NCBI GenBank assembly: GCA_014905635.1
Contig: JABVCE010000025.1
Coordinates: 248,001-312,000 of the forward strand
Source: Scenedesmus sp. PABB004
Lineage: Eukaryota
Direction of reading: 5' to 3'
Length of the DNA: 64,000 nucleotides
Position 1 is the first letter of the stretch. The number at the start of each line of letters is the position of its first letter. A model generated the notes under the pieces. The model worked only from the letters and a program-made list of their open reading frames with translations. It did not search any database and had not been told where the DNA came from. Below, one piece after another: positions 37,049-49,672 of this stretch. A program made the position numbers and the translations under genes.

Positions 37049-37743
37049 TTCCAAGCGCGGCGAGGTTGCTGCCAAACTCTGTGCCAACGCGGGCAGCAGT
37101 CAACGCAGACGGGGCGGGAACCCTGAGCGGCGGGGATCGTGTGGTGTTGTTGTTGTGCGCGCACACGGGTGGCGGCCTCACCACCTGCGGTGCCTGCCTG
37201 CCTCAATGAAAGTGCTGGCCACACCGGCAGCAGTGCGTGCCTCGAGTGCGCGCCGTGCCGCTGCCTCGCCGCGCTGCGGCCACGCCCCACGCGCCTGCGG
37301 GGGGCGGCTGCTGCGTGGCGGCGTCCGTGCGTGCCGTGCGCGCCCGGCTGTCGCGCTGGGCTGGCGGGCAGTTCCCGTGGCCGTTGCTTCTTTTGCTTTT
37401 TGCTTTCCCCTCAAAAAAATGGGTGCGTGCGTGTGATGTCGTGTGCACGCGTCCATGGATCGGTTCCCTCGCCCCTCACCAGACGCGGCCCCACCGGTGT
37501 GGTGGCGAGCCCTGGCTGGACAACGCAACGGTCGGTTCACGTGGACTGCGACTGCCGAGCTTCCCCTGCCCCTGAGAACCTGAGAAAATCTGACACGAGC
37601 TACACTGCCAACTCCGTGGTCCCCTTGGCAGCGCGTGCGTGTGCCGCGTGACGGAGTTAACAGAGTTGACACGCACTGGCCCCGCCCACGCTCCTTCGCG
37701 CGCCCGCGCGGCCCCCGCCTCATGGGGCGCGAATCTGCCGGGC

Positions 37744-39338
37744 TCACTTTGCGCCGACGAACAGCCGCCGCTGCCGCCCCGCCTGCGTGCCCGCGCCGAT
37801 GACGAGCCGGCGCTGCCCCCAGACGTCGAGCCCGATGAGTGCGGCAGGCCCCGTGAACGGCGTGCGCCCGTCGCCCAGCAGCTGCGAGAAGACCGGGAGA
37901 TCCCCCACGGCCGCCGTCACAGGCGCCCAGGGCCTCCAACCGCTCGGCGGCGGCGCAAACACGAGCCGGCCGGCGGTGTCCTTGGACGCGTCCCCTGCGT
38001 GCCGCGGCTCCGGCGGCGGCGGCGGCGTCAGCGGGGGGGGGGGGGGGCGGGGCGCGCGGCGACACTGGCGCTGGCAGCGCTGGCAGCGCGGGCCCGGCCG
38101 GCCGGCGCCTCGGCGCGGCGCGCACCGGCAAACGTGAACTGCACCGCTGTGGTGGGGTAGGGCATCGGCGCGCCGTCGACGCCGAGGCTGAGGATGTCGG
38201 GCCCGCGCTTGCCCCGCAGCTCGCCGTCTGGGCCGGCCAGGCCGAGCAGCCGCGCGGCGGCCCAGTTGACCGCCGAGAAGGAGGCGCCGCTGTCGACGAT
38301 GCCCACGAACGGCTGCGCCGCCGCGGCAGCGGGCGACGTCGCGCGGATGCCCAGCACGCCCGTCTGCGGGGCGGGGCGGGGTGGGGGACGGCGGGGCGGG
38401 TGGACGCGGGGCTGCTGGCTGGCCCGTGGCGAGCAGCGCGCTGCTGCAGCGGCCGCGCCCGCCGCCCCTCTGGCCTGCACACACCTCGTTGAGGACGGCG
38501 GCGGGGACCGCCACCATGCCCGCGGCCCCGGCGAGCGCGCCAAAGCTGCCGGCGGGCCAGAGCCGCACTCTGCGGCGCGGGCGGCGGCGGGGCGGGGCGG
38601 GGTGTGGCGACGTGGAGGCGGGGCCGGGTCGGGCGCGGCGGCGCGCCGGCCGCGGCGGCCGCGGCGGCCGCGGCGCACCGCGAGGCTGCAAAGTCCAGGT
38701 CTGTGTCAAAGAGCTGCAGGACCTCCTGCCCCAGCATGCCCTGGCACTCGTGCGCCGCGTCGAGGTGCGCCTGCGCGGGCGGGCAGTGTCAGGCGCACGG
38801 CGAGGCCGCAACGTCCAGGTCAGCACAGCCGGCGCCGCGCGTGTGCTGACCCCGGCTGAGCGCCGCGCTGCGCACGGCTGGTGCCGGCGCGCCAGCCGGC
38901 GGCAGCCCGCCTGCCCGCCAGGCTGCCGCGCGCCGCCGCGCCTGCGGAAAGTCGAGCACCACCGTGTTCAGCGGCGGCAGCGGCAGCTCGCTGGCGCTGC
39001 TGCCCGGGAACTCGCCGCAGCACAGCGCGGCGCCGCTGAGCAGGACCAGGTCCCCGCGGCCGACGCGCCGCCCGCGCCGAGGCCCGCGACCTTGCCGCGG
39101 CTGCCGCCGATGCCCAGCTGCTGGCGCAGCGCGGGCGTGATGATCTCGGCGGTCAGCCCGCTGCGCGGGGGCGGCGCGCGCGGCGGCGGCGCGGGGCGTA
39201 AGCACAGCGCCAGCGCAGCGGCGCGCGCCGCCGCGGCGCGGGCCGTAAGCGCAGCGCCGGGCGGGCGGGCGGGGAAGGCGGTGCGCTGCAGGGGGCGGGG
39301 CGGCGCTGGGGGTGCGCCGTCTTGCCCCCCCCCCCCCC

Positions 39339-39369
<31 letters not shown>

Positions 39370-39796
39370 ACCACCACCACCACCACCCCACACACACACG
39401 CCTGTCGACCATGAAGTCAAAGGGGCCTTGCCCGGCGACGGTGAGCTGAACGACAACGTAATCGCGGCCCACGCCGCCGCGCGGCAGCCGGATGCGTCGC
39501 ATGGGCAGGTCCGCGAGCGGGACGAGGCCCGCGGGCGCCTTCGCCGCGACGCCCGCGCGCGCGGCCCGCGCGCGCTGCGCCAGCAGCGCGGCGCCGCCGC
39601 CGCCCGCGAGCAGCGCGGCGCGGCGCGAGACCGAGCTGGCGGGGGCGCCTTCCGCACGCTGCTGCGCTGCCGCCACGCGTGGGCGGCCCCCCTGCGCCTG
39701 CGCGCGGCAGGCAACGGCAGCACGCCGACGCTGCTGCCACGGCGCCGCCGCGGCGCGCGGCGGGCTGCTGGCTGTGGTCGCGCTGCACCACGCCAT
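37744..39796 (-). CDS. Two-domain retropepsin-like (clan AA) aspartic protease, predicted plastid/thylakoid-lumen targeted
   Basis: Two active-site motifs, FDFMVDSGLTAEII and FVGIVDSGASFSAVN, each with a later glycine motif (GMLGQEVL, ALIGLDVW). The N-terminus is transit-like and includes VSRRAALL-hydrophobic-ARA. Confidence 0.8.
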
Positions 39797-40252
39797 GGCC
39801 GCTGCGGTGACGCGTTCGTCCAGGCCGGGACGCGGCGGCAGCGGGGACTGCTGGCTGGACTGGAGCGCGCCCTGCATGCCGAGAGAGCAACCGCGTCACA
39901 GAACAGTCACTCCGTCACGGTGGCAGTGCCACGCGAGACCGCGGAGTCACAGCGACCAGGCGTCGACATCGGGCGTCGCGTCGCGCGGGCGGGCCGCGGG
40001 CGCGGCCTGCTGCCACGAGCATCAGACTCCCGCCCGCGGCCCGCAGCCCCGTGGCAACCGAGCGCCGAGCAGCGCCAGCAGCTGGTGTTGCTACTACCAG
40101 CTCGACCGAGCTGCTGCGACGCACGCGCAGACGCCGAGCCACCGGTGGCCGCGCCGCCGCCGCGCCGCCAGGCTGGCTCGCCGCGCCGCGCCGCGCCGCG
40201 CTGCGCCGCTCGTGGCTCGGCGCCTGCGCGCCGTCGCAGCAGCTCGGACAGC

Positions 40253-43200
40253 TCACAGCTTGGCGCCGGCCACCCACGACGCGCGCAGCGCCGCGGCGGC
40301 GAAGCCGATGAGGTCCGCCGTCTCGGCGATGATCTTGGTGGTCGGCCGCCCCGCGCCGTGGCCCGACTTGGTCTCGCAGCGCAGGAGCAGCGGGTTCCGC
40401 TGCGCCGCGTCGGCGCCGCGCGCGGCCACGAGCGCGTGCTGCAGCTCGGCGACAAACTTGAGGCTGTGCAGCGGCACGACGCGGTCGTCGTGGTCGCCCG
40501 TCGCGAGGATGACCGCTGGGTACTGCCCCGCGCCCCCCGCGGGCGGCGACACGTTGTGCAGCGGCGAATACCGGCGCAGGACCTCAAACGCGGCACGCTC
40601 GTCGGGCGAGCCGTAGTCGGTGCACCAGGCGGCGCCGATGGTGAACTGCGCGGCGCGCGCGGCGGAGGCCGCGAGGGGGCGCGGGCGGGGGCGAGGGAGG
40701 TCGGGGCGGGACGCCGCGCGCGCTGCGTCCCCCGCCGCGGGGAACTCCGCCCCGGCCGCCGCCGCGTGCAGCCGTGGGTGCGTGCGCGTGCCTTGTGGAA
40801 GCGGAACATGTCCAGCACGCCGACCTGGGGGGCAGGGGCGCGGGGGGGGGGGGGGGGGGGTCCGGCGGCAGCCGGCCGGGCAGCGCGTGAGCCGAGGCGG
40901 CGCGCCGCGCCCGCGCCGCGCCCGCACCGCGCCGAGCGCCCCCGCTGCGCCCGCGCGCCGCGCCGCGGGCGCGCCTGCGCGATGCCGCAGGCATAGAGAT
41001 CGGGCCGCTGGTTCACGCACGCCGCGACGAGCAGCCCGCCGTTGCTGCCGCCCTGGATGGCGAGCTTGTCGGCGCGGCAGTACCCCGCCGCCTGCAGGTA
41101 TTCCGCGCACGCCTGGCGGCGGGGCGGGGGCAGCAGGCGCGCGGCAGGCGCACGTCGGCCCCGGGCCGGGCCGGGGCGGCAGCAGGCGGGGGCGCGGCGC
41201 GCCGCCACCGGCGGGTCCGGGGCGCGCCCCAGCTCGCCCCAGCGCCGCGCGGGACCTTGCCTGGAAGTCGTCAAAGACGTTCTGCTTGTTCGCCTTGCTC
41301 CCCGCGTCGCGCCACTCCACGCCGTACTCGCCGCCGCCGCGGAGGTTGGCCTGCGCGCGGCCCCGGCGGCGGCGGCGGCGGCGGCTCGCGCGCGGCGCGC
41401 GCCGACGCGGGCGCTCGGCCGCGCTCGGCGCGCTCGGCCGCGCGTGGGCCCTTCGCGCGCCTGCGCAAACACGCCGCCGTAGCCGGCCATCCAGGCGAGG
41501 CGGCTGGGGCTGAACCCCGGCTCGAGGCTGATGTTGAACCCGCCTGGCGCCGCGGCGCGGGGGCGCGTGGGCGCGCGGGCGACGTGCGGGCGGGCGGCGC
41601 GGGGCGTGGCGGCGCGCTGCCGGGCGCGGGGCGGGGCGCAGAGGAGGGGGGGGGGGCGTGTGCGGGCGCACCGTAGCCGTAGAGGAGCGTGGGGTTTGAG
41701 CCGTCGAGCACGAGGCCCCGGCGGTGCGTGATGAACATGGGCACCTGGCCAGGCGGGGCAGGCGGGGCAGGCGGGGCAGGCAGGGAGGCGAGGCAGGCAG
41801 GGAGGCGGGGCAGGCGGGGAGGCAGGGAGGGAAGGATGTGAGCGCGGCGCCGCCGCGCGGGCGAGCGCTCGCGCGCCGGCGGCGCGTAGCCATGGCGCGG
41901 CGGGCGCGCCGTGCCTGCGTGCCGTCCTTGCTCGTCACAAACACCTGGCGGCGGCAGCGGCGCGCGGCGGGCGGCGGGCGGGCGCGCGCACGCCTCTCGG
42001 CCGCGGCGCGGGCGGCTGCCGCCCGTCGCCCCCACAGCCCCCATGGCTAAACCCTGAGGCACTTGCCTAAACCCCAGCCGCACCTGCTTGACCTCGTACT
42101 CCTCGGGCGCGTGCGGCACCTTGAGCGCCGTCGCGCGGAAGAGCGCCGGCGGCGCGTCACCGGCGGCGAGGTCGACGCGGAACGTCGCGCCCGGCTGGAC
42201 AAAGCCTGCGCGGGCGTGGTGCGCGGCGCGGGCACGCACGGGGCGCGTCGGCGTGGGGCGCGGCGGCGAGGTTCTCCCGCGGCGGCGGGCCCCCGGCGTT
42301 GCCCCCCCTGCCGCTCACTCGTGAAGGAGAAGAAGAACTCGCTGCTCTTGCGGTTGCCGCTGAAGCCGCTGACGCTGCCGATGCCGGGCAGCTCAAACTC
42401 CTGGCGGCGCCGGCGGCGGCGGCGCGCAGAGGGCGACGTTTGCGCGCAGTGAGCGGCGGCGGCGCGCCGCCGCGCGCAGCGCTGGCGGCGCTCGCGGCGC
42501 GGCGCACGGCAGCGCGCACCCGGACGCGCTCGCCCGTGCTGAGCCTGTGCAGCGCGAGCGCCGACTTGACGTCGCGCAGGTGGCGCAGCACGAGCTCGTC
42601 GCCCGCGAGCGCGACCGCGCTCTGCAGCAGGTCGCGCGGGTGCTGCGGGACGACCTCGCGCCACGCCGACGGGCTCGGCCCCGGCGCGGAGAGGTCAACG
42701 CGCACGACCCTGCGCCGGGGCCGGCGGCGGCGGGGGCTCGTGGGGCTGAGCGCGCTGCGGGCCGAGGACTCCGCCCGGCACCCAGCGCCCGGCGCGGGCC
42801 GCGGCTGCGTGCGCGGGCCGCCGCGCGCGCGCCGCGCGGGTCAGCCGCGCCTATATCGCGGCGCGTCGAGGTTTGTCTTGAAGGTGAACGCCTCGCCCTC
42901 GTTGGCCACGTAGTCCCAGCTCGCGTCAAAGCTGTCCACCAGCTTCACCAGCGGCAGCGGCGCGCTGCCTGCGGCGGCGCGCGGCGGCGCGCAGCGGCGC
43001 ACGGGTGCGGCGGCGCGCGGCGGCGTGCTGCCGTGCCGGGCGCCGCGGGCCGCGCGCCGCCGCGCGCGCCCCACGGCCGCGCGCCCCAGCCCCAGCTGCC
43101 CGGCCGCCCCTCCCCGCGCCCTCTGCCCCTCTGCCCCCCCCCCCCGGACCCTCCCGCACCCCCCGCACCCTTGAAGCGGTCAAAGCTCGAAAAGTCGAGC

Positions 43201-45218
43201 GCGCCGTCGTCGGCGCGGCGCGGCACGGAGGCCAGGTCGAGCACGTACAGCCGGTTCTGCGGCGCGCAGCCCTCAGACGTGTACACCAGCACATACCTGC
43301 GACGCCCCCGGCAGCGGCGGCAGCGGCGGTGCGGCGGCGTGGGACGGCGGCGCGGGGCGGCGGCGTGGGACGGCGCGGTGTGCGGCCCCCGCGCCGCGCG
43401 GCGCGGAGGCGGCGGCGCCGCGCACCGGCCGTCGTCGGTGACCTCGGCGCTGAACATCCAAGTCGGGTGGTCCGGGTCGGCGTGCACGACGACGTCCTCC
43501 GCCTGCGGGCTGCCCAGGCGGTGGTAGACCAGCTGCTGGTCGGTGTTGGAGTCGGTCTCGGTGCCCAGCGGCCCCGCGCACTTGGACGGCTCGGGGTACC
43601 TGGGGCACGGGGAGGGGAGAGGGGGAGGGGCCGCGGCCGCGGCCGCAGCGGTGGCGCGTGGGGGGCGCGTGGGGCGCGTCGGGCGGCCGGCGTGCGGCTC
43701 AGCTGCGTCACAGCGCGCACAGCACAGCGCGCGCGTCACGCAGCGCGCGCGTCACGCAGCGCGCGGGCGCACCGGTTGTAGAAGAAGCCCTGCCCGTCGT
43801 GCGTCCACGCGATGCTGCTGAACTTGACGTGCTCCAGCAGGTCGCCCCGCTCCACGCCGCGCCCGTCGGCGCCGACCTCGAGCACCTGCCGCGTCGCGCG
43901 CGGCGCGGCGGGCTCGCCGCGCGGCGCGCAGCACGGCCCGCGGCGTGCCGGCTGCGCGGCGCGCGGGGCGCGGCGGCCGCACGCGAATGGTCGCCCAGTC
44001 GCTGCCGCCGCTGCTGAGGCTGTACGCGAGCAGCGCGCCGTCGTCGCTGAACACCGCGTCTTTGAGCGCGACCGTGCCGTCCTCGCTCAGGCCGTTGGGG
44101 TCGAGCAGCACCACCGGCTCACCCTGCGCGGCGCGCACGGGCGCGGCCGTTCATCGCCGCGCACGCACCGCGCCGCGCCGGCGGCCGGCGGCTGCCCCGC
44201 GCCGGTGGTGCGCGCCCGCCGCCGCCCGCCCCCGCGCGCGCGGCGCCCGCCTGCAGGCTGTCCTGCCCGAGCAGCACGTAGTGCTGCTGCAGGCCGGTGT
44301 TGTGATAGTAGTAGTACCGCGGCCCGCGCTTGAACGGCGTGTCAAACTTCTCATAGTCGTAGACGGCAGTGAAAAGCTCCCTGCGCGGCGCGGCCGCGGC
44401 GGCGGCGCGGGTCGGGTATGCCGCGCGCCGCGCGCCGCGCCGGGCGGGGCCGCGGCGGCGGCGCGCCCCGACAGCGGCGGCGGTGGCGGCGCGCCCCGAC
44501 AGCGGCGGAGGCGGCGGCGCGGGGACTCGCTTGAACTTGTCGCGCGTGTCGCACTGCGCCAGGACCTTGGCGGTGACCTTGTTCTGCGCCTCCACGACTG
44601 CCGGCGGCGGCGGACGCGGCGGCGGCGGCGGCGGCGACGGCGGCGGCGGCGGCGGCGGCAGCCCGCGCGCGTGGGCTCGCGGGCGCGGCCGCGCGGGCCA
44701 CACGTCTGCGCCAGCCGCCGGCCGCGACACGCACAGGCCTGCGTCTCGGGGGCGTCCGGGTCCTCCAGCCAGCGGTAGGGGTCCGGCACCGCCACGCCGT
44801 GCAGCTCGTCCACCGTGCTGCCGCGCGCGACCTGGGCGGCGGCGTGCTCAGCTGCCGGGAGCGCACGAGGCTGAGCCAGCGCGTGCCCCGCCCCCACCCG
44901 CCGCCGCCGCCGCGCGCAGCCGCACCTCCGGGTAATCGCTGGGCAGCAGGGACAGCCCCGACTGCGGCGCGCCGGCTGGCGGCGGTTGGCGGGCGGCGCG
45001 TGTGAGCAGCAGCAGCGGCGCGCCGACGGGCGGCGATCGCAGCGCGGCCGCCGCCAGCGCCGTGGCGGACGCCAGGCACGCTCCCGCGCTCCCGCCGCAC
45101 CTGCGGCGGCGGACGGCATGGCGGCCGCGCGGGCGCAGAGCTGCCGGCGGGCGGCGCGGGTGGACGCGGCAGCGGCAGCGCACAGGCACGAGTGCGGCGC
45201 GCGTCGAAGCAGCAGCAT
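40253..45218 (-). CDS. Prolyl oligopeptidase (S9A), many exons
   Basis: [71 protein letters not shown] (Ser), GDHDDRVVP (Asp), SGHGAG (His). Confidence 0.95.
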
Positions 45219-45391
45219 GCTCAGGCGCGGGCGCTGCCTTGTGACGGGCAACGGGGCCGGCGGCGCCGGCGAGGCGCCGCCGGGAGGCGCGGTTGACGTG
45301 CGCTGCGCCGCCGTTGCCGACCAGCGGGCTTCCGCGGCGGGTGCGGCGCAGCGCGCGCCGCGCCCGCACCACAAGCTCACCTGCGCCCGGC

Positions 45392-46379
45392 ATGCTGGCG
45401 CGCTCCGCGCCGCGCCACCGGCTGCCGCAGCGCGCCGGCAGCAGCAGAGCGGCGCCGCGCTGCCGCCGCGCCCTGCGGCCGCTGGCGATGCGTGCGGTGC
45501 TGCAGCGCGTCAAGTCCGCGTCTGTGGAGGTGAGGTGTGGTGGCTCGCACGGCCTGGGGCAGCCACCGGCAACCGCGCGGCGCGCCACAGCGGCCGCCCG
45601 CTGCTGCGGCACCAGGTGGACGGCGCGGTCGTCTCCAGCATCGGCCGCGGCTGGCTCTGCCTGGTGGGTTCGGGTCTGGCCGCCTGCTGTCTGCCCGGCG
45701 CAGCCGCGCGGAGCACTGATCCCGCCGACCTGCGCGCTGTGCACCGGCGCTGCTGACCGCTCGAGCGCGCAGGTGGGCGTGACCGCGGACGACGTCGACG
45801 CCGACGCCGAGTACATGTGCGCAGCGCGCCGGCAGGGTGGCGGCCCGGGCGCGGGGGCGGCACGGCGGCCGCGGCGGCAGGCGGCGGCGGCCGAGGCACT
45901 GCGGGGGCGGGTGCGGTCGCGCGCCGCCGCCGTCCGCCCGCCGCCGCCGCCGCCGCAGCTGCAAGAAGATCCTTCGCACGCGCGGCTGGGCGGACGAAGA
46001 TAGTGGCACCCCCTGGGCAAAGGACGTGGCTGGCATCGGCGGGGAGGTGCTGCTGGTGTCCCAGTTCACACTCTACGGCCGCCTGAAAAAGCCCCGCCCC
46101 GACTTCAGCAAGGCGATGCCGCCCGACCGCGCGCGGGAGGTCTACGCGGGCCTGGTCGAGCGCGTGCGCGCCGCGTACGCGCCGGGTGCGCGCGCGCCGC
46201 GCCGCGCCGCGGCGGCCGGCGCCGCGCGCGCAGCCCCGCGGCGACGGCGCGCGGCGTCGAAACCGCGCCGCGCAGACCGCGTGTGCGACGGCGTGTTTGG
46301 CGCGATGATGGACGTGGCACTGATCAACGACGGACCCGTGACGTTCGTCCTTGACAGCGGGCACCAGGACCGCCACTGA
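45392..46379 (+). CDS. DTD1: D-aminoacyl-tRNA deacylase (5 exons); in-frame ATG at 45392 adds a presequence, core ATG at 45488
   Basis: MRAVLQRVKSASVE, LLVSQFTLYG, RPDFSKAM, GVFGAMMDVALINDGPVTFVLD. Confidence 0.95.
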
Positions 46380-46439
46380 GCGCGCTGCTCGCGACCAGGA
46401 TCGACCAGGCTCGCGACACCGGCGGAGCCTGCTGTTGCT

Positions 46440-47453
46440 GCGCGCGTGCTCGGCCTGGCTGCGCGCGCCGGGCAACTCAACCGTTACTCGTGTCGCGGCT
46501 GGCGCAGCACGCGCGCGCGCGCAAGTGACGCGTCATGCAACTGCAAGCAAAGGCCTGCGCCCGCAGCTTGCCTCAATCAGCCGGCAACTTGCAACAGCAC
46601 TGCAGCCGCGACGGCCGCCTCACGCACGCGAGACCGCGTGCCGCGCAAACGCGCGGCGCTGGCCAGCCTCCAGCCAGGCCGTCAGCGTCAGCCCCGCCGC
46701 GGCCGCGGTCGCCGAGGTCGGCAGCGAGACGCCGTGACCGCAAACGTCCATGACCAGTATTGCGGTGAAAAAGAGTGCGGCCGGCAGCAGCCCCGCGCGC
46801 AGCTGCAGCGGCATGACGAGGTGCCGGAACACGAGGAACACGGTCGACCGCTCGCTGGCCACATACATGCGTGCAACCTCGTCGCCGGCGGCCGCCCACG
46901 CCGGTCCCGCCAGCCGGCACACAAACGTTGTGCTCAGCGCCAGCACAGCGGCCGCGACGAGGAGGCTGCAGCGCCAGCGCCGCACGCTCAAGAGCAGCGC
47001 GCGCTGGCGGCGCCAGCGCAGCTGCGCGGCCAGGCCGGTGGCGCCCCACACGAGCACCGTGGCCGCGGCGTAGATGCACATGGCCAGCGCACGCAGCGCC
47101 GCAAACGCGCACCTCCTGCACGGGCGCGCCGCTGGCCGCCGCGAGCGCGAGCTTGACCACGCACGCGGCAGCCAGCGCGACAAAGCAGGCCATGCTGAGG
47201 CAGTTGTGGCGCAGCAGCGCGCCGTCCTGGAAGGCCTGGTACGCGGCCTCCGCCGCGGGCGAGGGGAAACCAAGCAGCAGGCTGCGAAGGCTCACGCGCA
47301 GCGCGCCAGGTGGGAAGCCGCCCCCGCCGGGGCTGCGCCGGCCCAGCGGCGGCGCTGCCGACGTCGCGCCCAGGCTGTCGCCGAGAGGCGCCGAGCTGCT
47401 CCCGCCCTTGGCAGTGCCGCAGCCGCCGCAACCGCTGCAGGCATCATCGGCCC

Positions 47454-47501
<48 letters not shown>

Positions 47502-49276
47502 GTGCCGTCGCCGGCAGCGCCGAGCCATGCGCATGCGGCGCAGCGCCGCTGCTGGGCTGCGCAGCCGCCGGCCCCGCGGGCGCGCCCTGCAGCAGTAGGC
47601 GCTTGCAGTGCCGCATGTCCTGCGCCTTGAAGCAGGCCCACAGCGCGTCCGCCACCGCCTGGCCCAGGTCCTGCTGCTGGGCTGTGACGGCGCCGCGCGC
47701 GCGCAGACACATGAGCGCCGCCCAGTCGCGCAGCAGTGGCAGCAGCTCCTGGTACGCTGCGCTCGGCTCCCGCCCCGCCGCCAGCCGCTGCGCACACAGC
47801 TCCTGCACCTCCCCTGCCGCCCCAGCCGGCAGCACCAGCAGCGGCAGCTGAGCCACCACGCGCGCCGGCAGCGGGTTGGCCGCGCGCGCCGCGCCCGCCG
47901 CCGCCTCTGCTGCAGCGGCCTCTCGCAGGCGCTGCGCGGCGGCCGCAGTGATGTGCAGCTCGGCCTCTTGCCCTGCTGCTGCCACGCCGCCGCCGGTGGT
48001 GCTGCTGGCACTGCTGGCGCTCCCCGGCTGCACCAGCACTGCCGGCTGCAGGAAGACATCGCTGTGAGGCCCCCGCGGCGGCTGGTCCGGCTGGGGCGCA
48101 GCCGCGTCGCCCAGCTCCAGGGCCAGCAGGCTGCAGCCAGGCCAGTCGGCCAGCGTCTCCCTCACCGCACGCTCCACCCGCGCGTGCCAGCTGGCGGCGT
48201 CGCCCTCCGCGCCTGCCGGCAGCACGACCTGCAGCACCAGCTGGTGGCATCCGCTGAAGGCCGCGACATCCACCACGGCGGCAGCGGCGCTGCTGCTGCT
48301 GCTGCTGGCGCCAGGGCGCCGCGCCAGCAGCGGCGCGCTGACCGCCGCCTCCAGCGCGGCGGCCAGCTGGGCGTCAAAGCGCTTCAGCTCATGGGGGCCT
48401 GCGGCGCGGCAGCAGGGCAGACCCTGAGTGTGCCGCCGAGGGCGGCGGTGTGCTGCGCACACGGCGCCCCGCACGCTGACGTGCCTGACCCCACTCACCC
48501 ATGCCCAGCAGCTGGCTGATCTTGAGGGACACGCACCGCCGGGCCACGGGGCTGCGGTACAGCAGCGGGTGCTGCGTCTCAGCCGGCAGCCCGGTCAGCG
48601 CGACCGCGGGCGCCAGCTCGGCAGCGGCAGGCGGCGGTGGCACCGGCGCTGCGCTCGCCAGCGCCGGCTGTGCTGCCGTGATGCCACTGCCAGCGGTCGC
48701 GGCCGCCGCCTGGCTCGTGGCCACCTTGGTGCAGCCGCCGCCCACTGCTGGCACCTGCTGCAGCTTGCTGGCGGCCGACTGGCCCTGACTCTGCTGCTGG
48801 TGGTGCTGGTGCTGCTGGGGCTGCTGACGCTGCTGTGGGCCCTGCGGCTGTGCCGCTGGCCCCTGCGCCGCCTCCCCCTGCGCAGGCGCCAGGCTGGCCG
48901 CTGCGCTCTCGCCAGCGCCGGCGGCAAGGCTCCACTGCGCCTGCAGCAGCTGGCGCCGGCGGCTGGCCCACGCGCTGCGCGCCTGCAGCTCCAGCCACGT
49001 TCCCACCAAGCCCGGCAGCACCACGTCGACCAGGAACACCCGTGCGCCGGCGGCAGCCGCCGCGGCGGTCGCGCGCAGCATGGCGCCCAGGTCGGCCGCG
49101 CGCGCACACAGCGCCGCCGCAAGGCAGGGCAGCGAGTGCCCGCAGCCCACGCCGGGGTCGGCCGCGTCCACCGCCGCCGACGCCAGCCAGGCCGCCACGC
49201 CGCCGGCCCAGTACCAGGCGGCGGGCGTGCGGCCGAGCGCCGCCGCCAGGTGCATCGGCAGCAGCCGGTGCCGCCA
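46440..49276. repeat. Left arm of a large inverted repeat
   Basis: Near-identical reverse complement of 50326-53382 apart from SNPs, a 207-bp deletion and a shorter (CCG)n tract. Confidence 0.95.
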
Positions 49277-49672
49277 GGGCAGCCCGCAGGCGGCGCAGTC
49301 GCGCGGGCGGACGTTGAAGTGGAGGGACGCGACGACAACGCGCTGCAGCGCGCTCAGCGCGCCTCGCGTCAACACGTAGCGCTCGCGGCCCAGCAGCGGC
49401 AGCAGCAGCAGGTAGAGCCCCAGCAGCGCGGTGCGCAGCCACGACTGCTGCACGCGCGCGTTGGTCGCCGCCGCCGCCGCCGCCGCGGCCGCGCCGCTGC
49501 CGCCACCGCCGGCCGGCGGCGCGGCGCGTGCGGCGGACAGCAGCGTCGCGGCGTGCGCCGCCACTCCCCACAGCCCCCAGGCGGCGCCGAGCGCCACGCC
49601 GTGCGCACCGCCCCAGTCGAGCTGGAACGCGCGCTCCTCGGCGGCGTCTGCGAACGCCAGCAGCCCCGGCAT
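46620..49672 (-). CDS. Hypothetical multi-pass membrane protein, copy 1 (inverted-repeat gene)
   Basis: ATG at 49672 (MPGLLAFADAAEERAF); intron 48498-48399 and probable intron 47112-47022; hydrophobic N- and C-terminal modules; stop at 46620. Confidence 0.7.

Noticed and set aside
36577..37209. 210-aa ORF in the low-GC island
   Set aside because: No recognisable motif and non-host codon usage.
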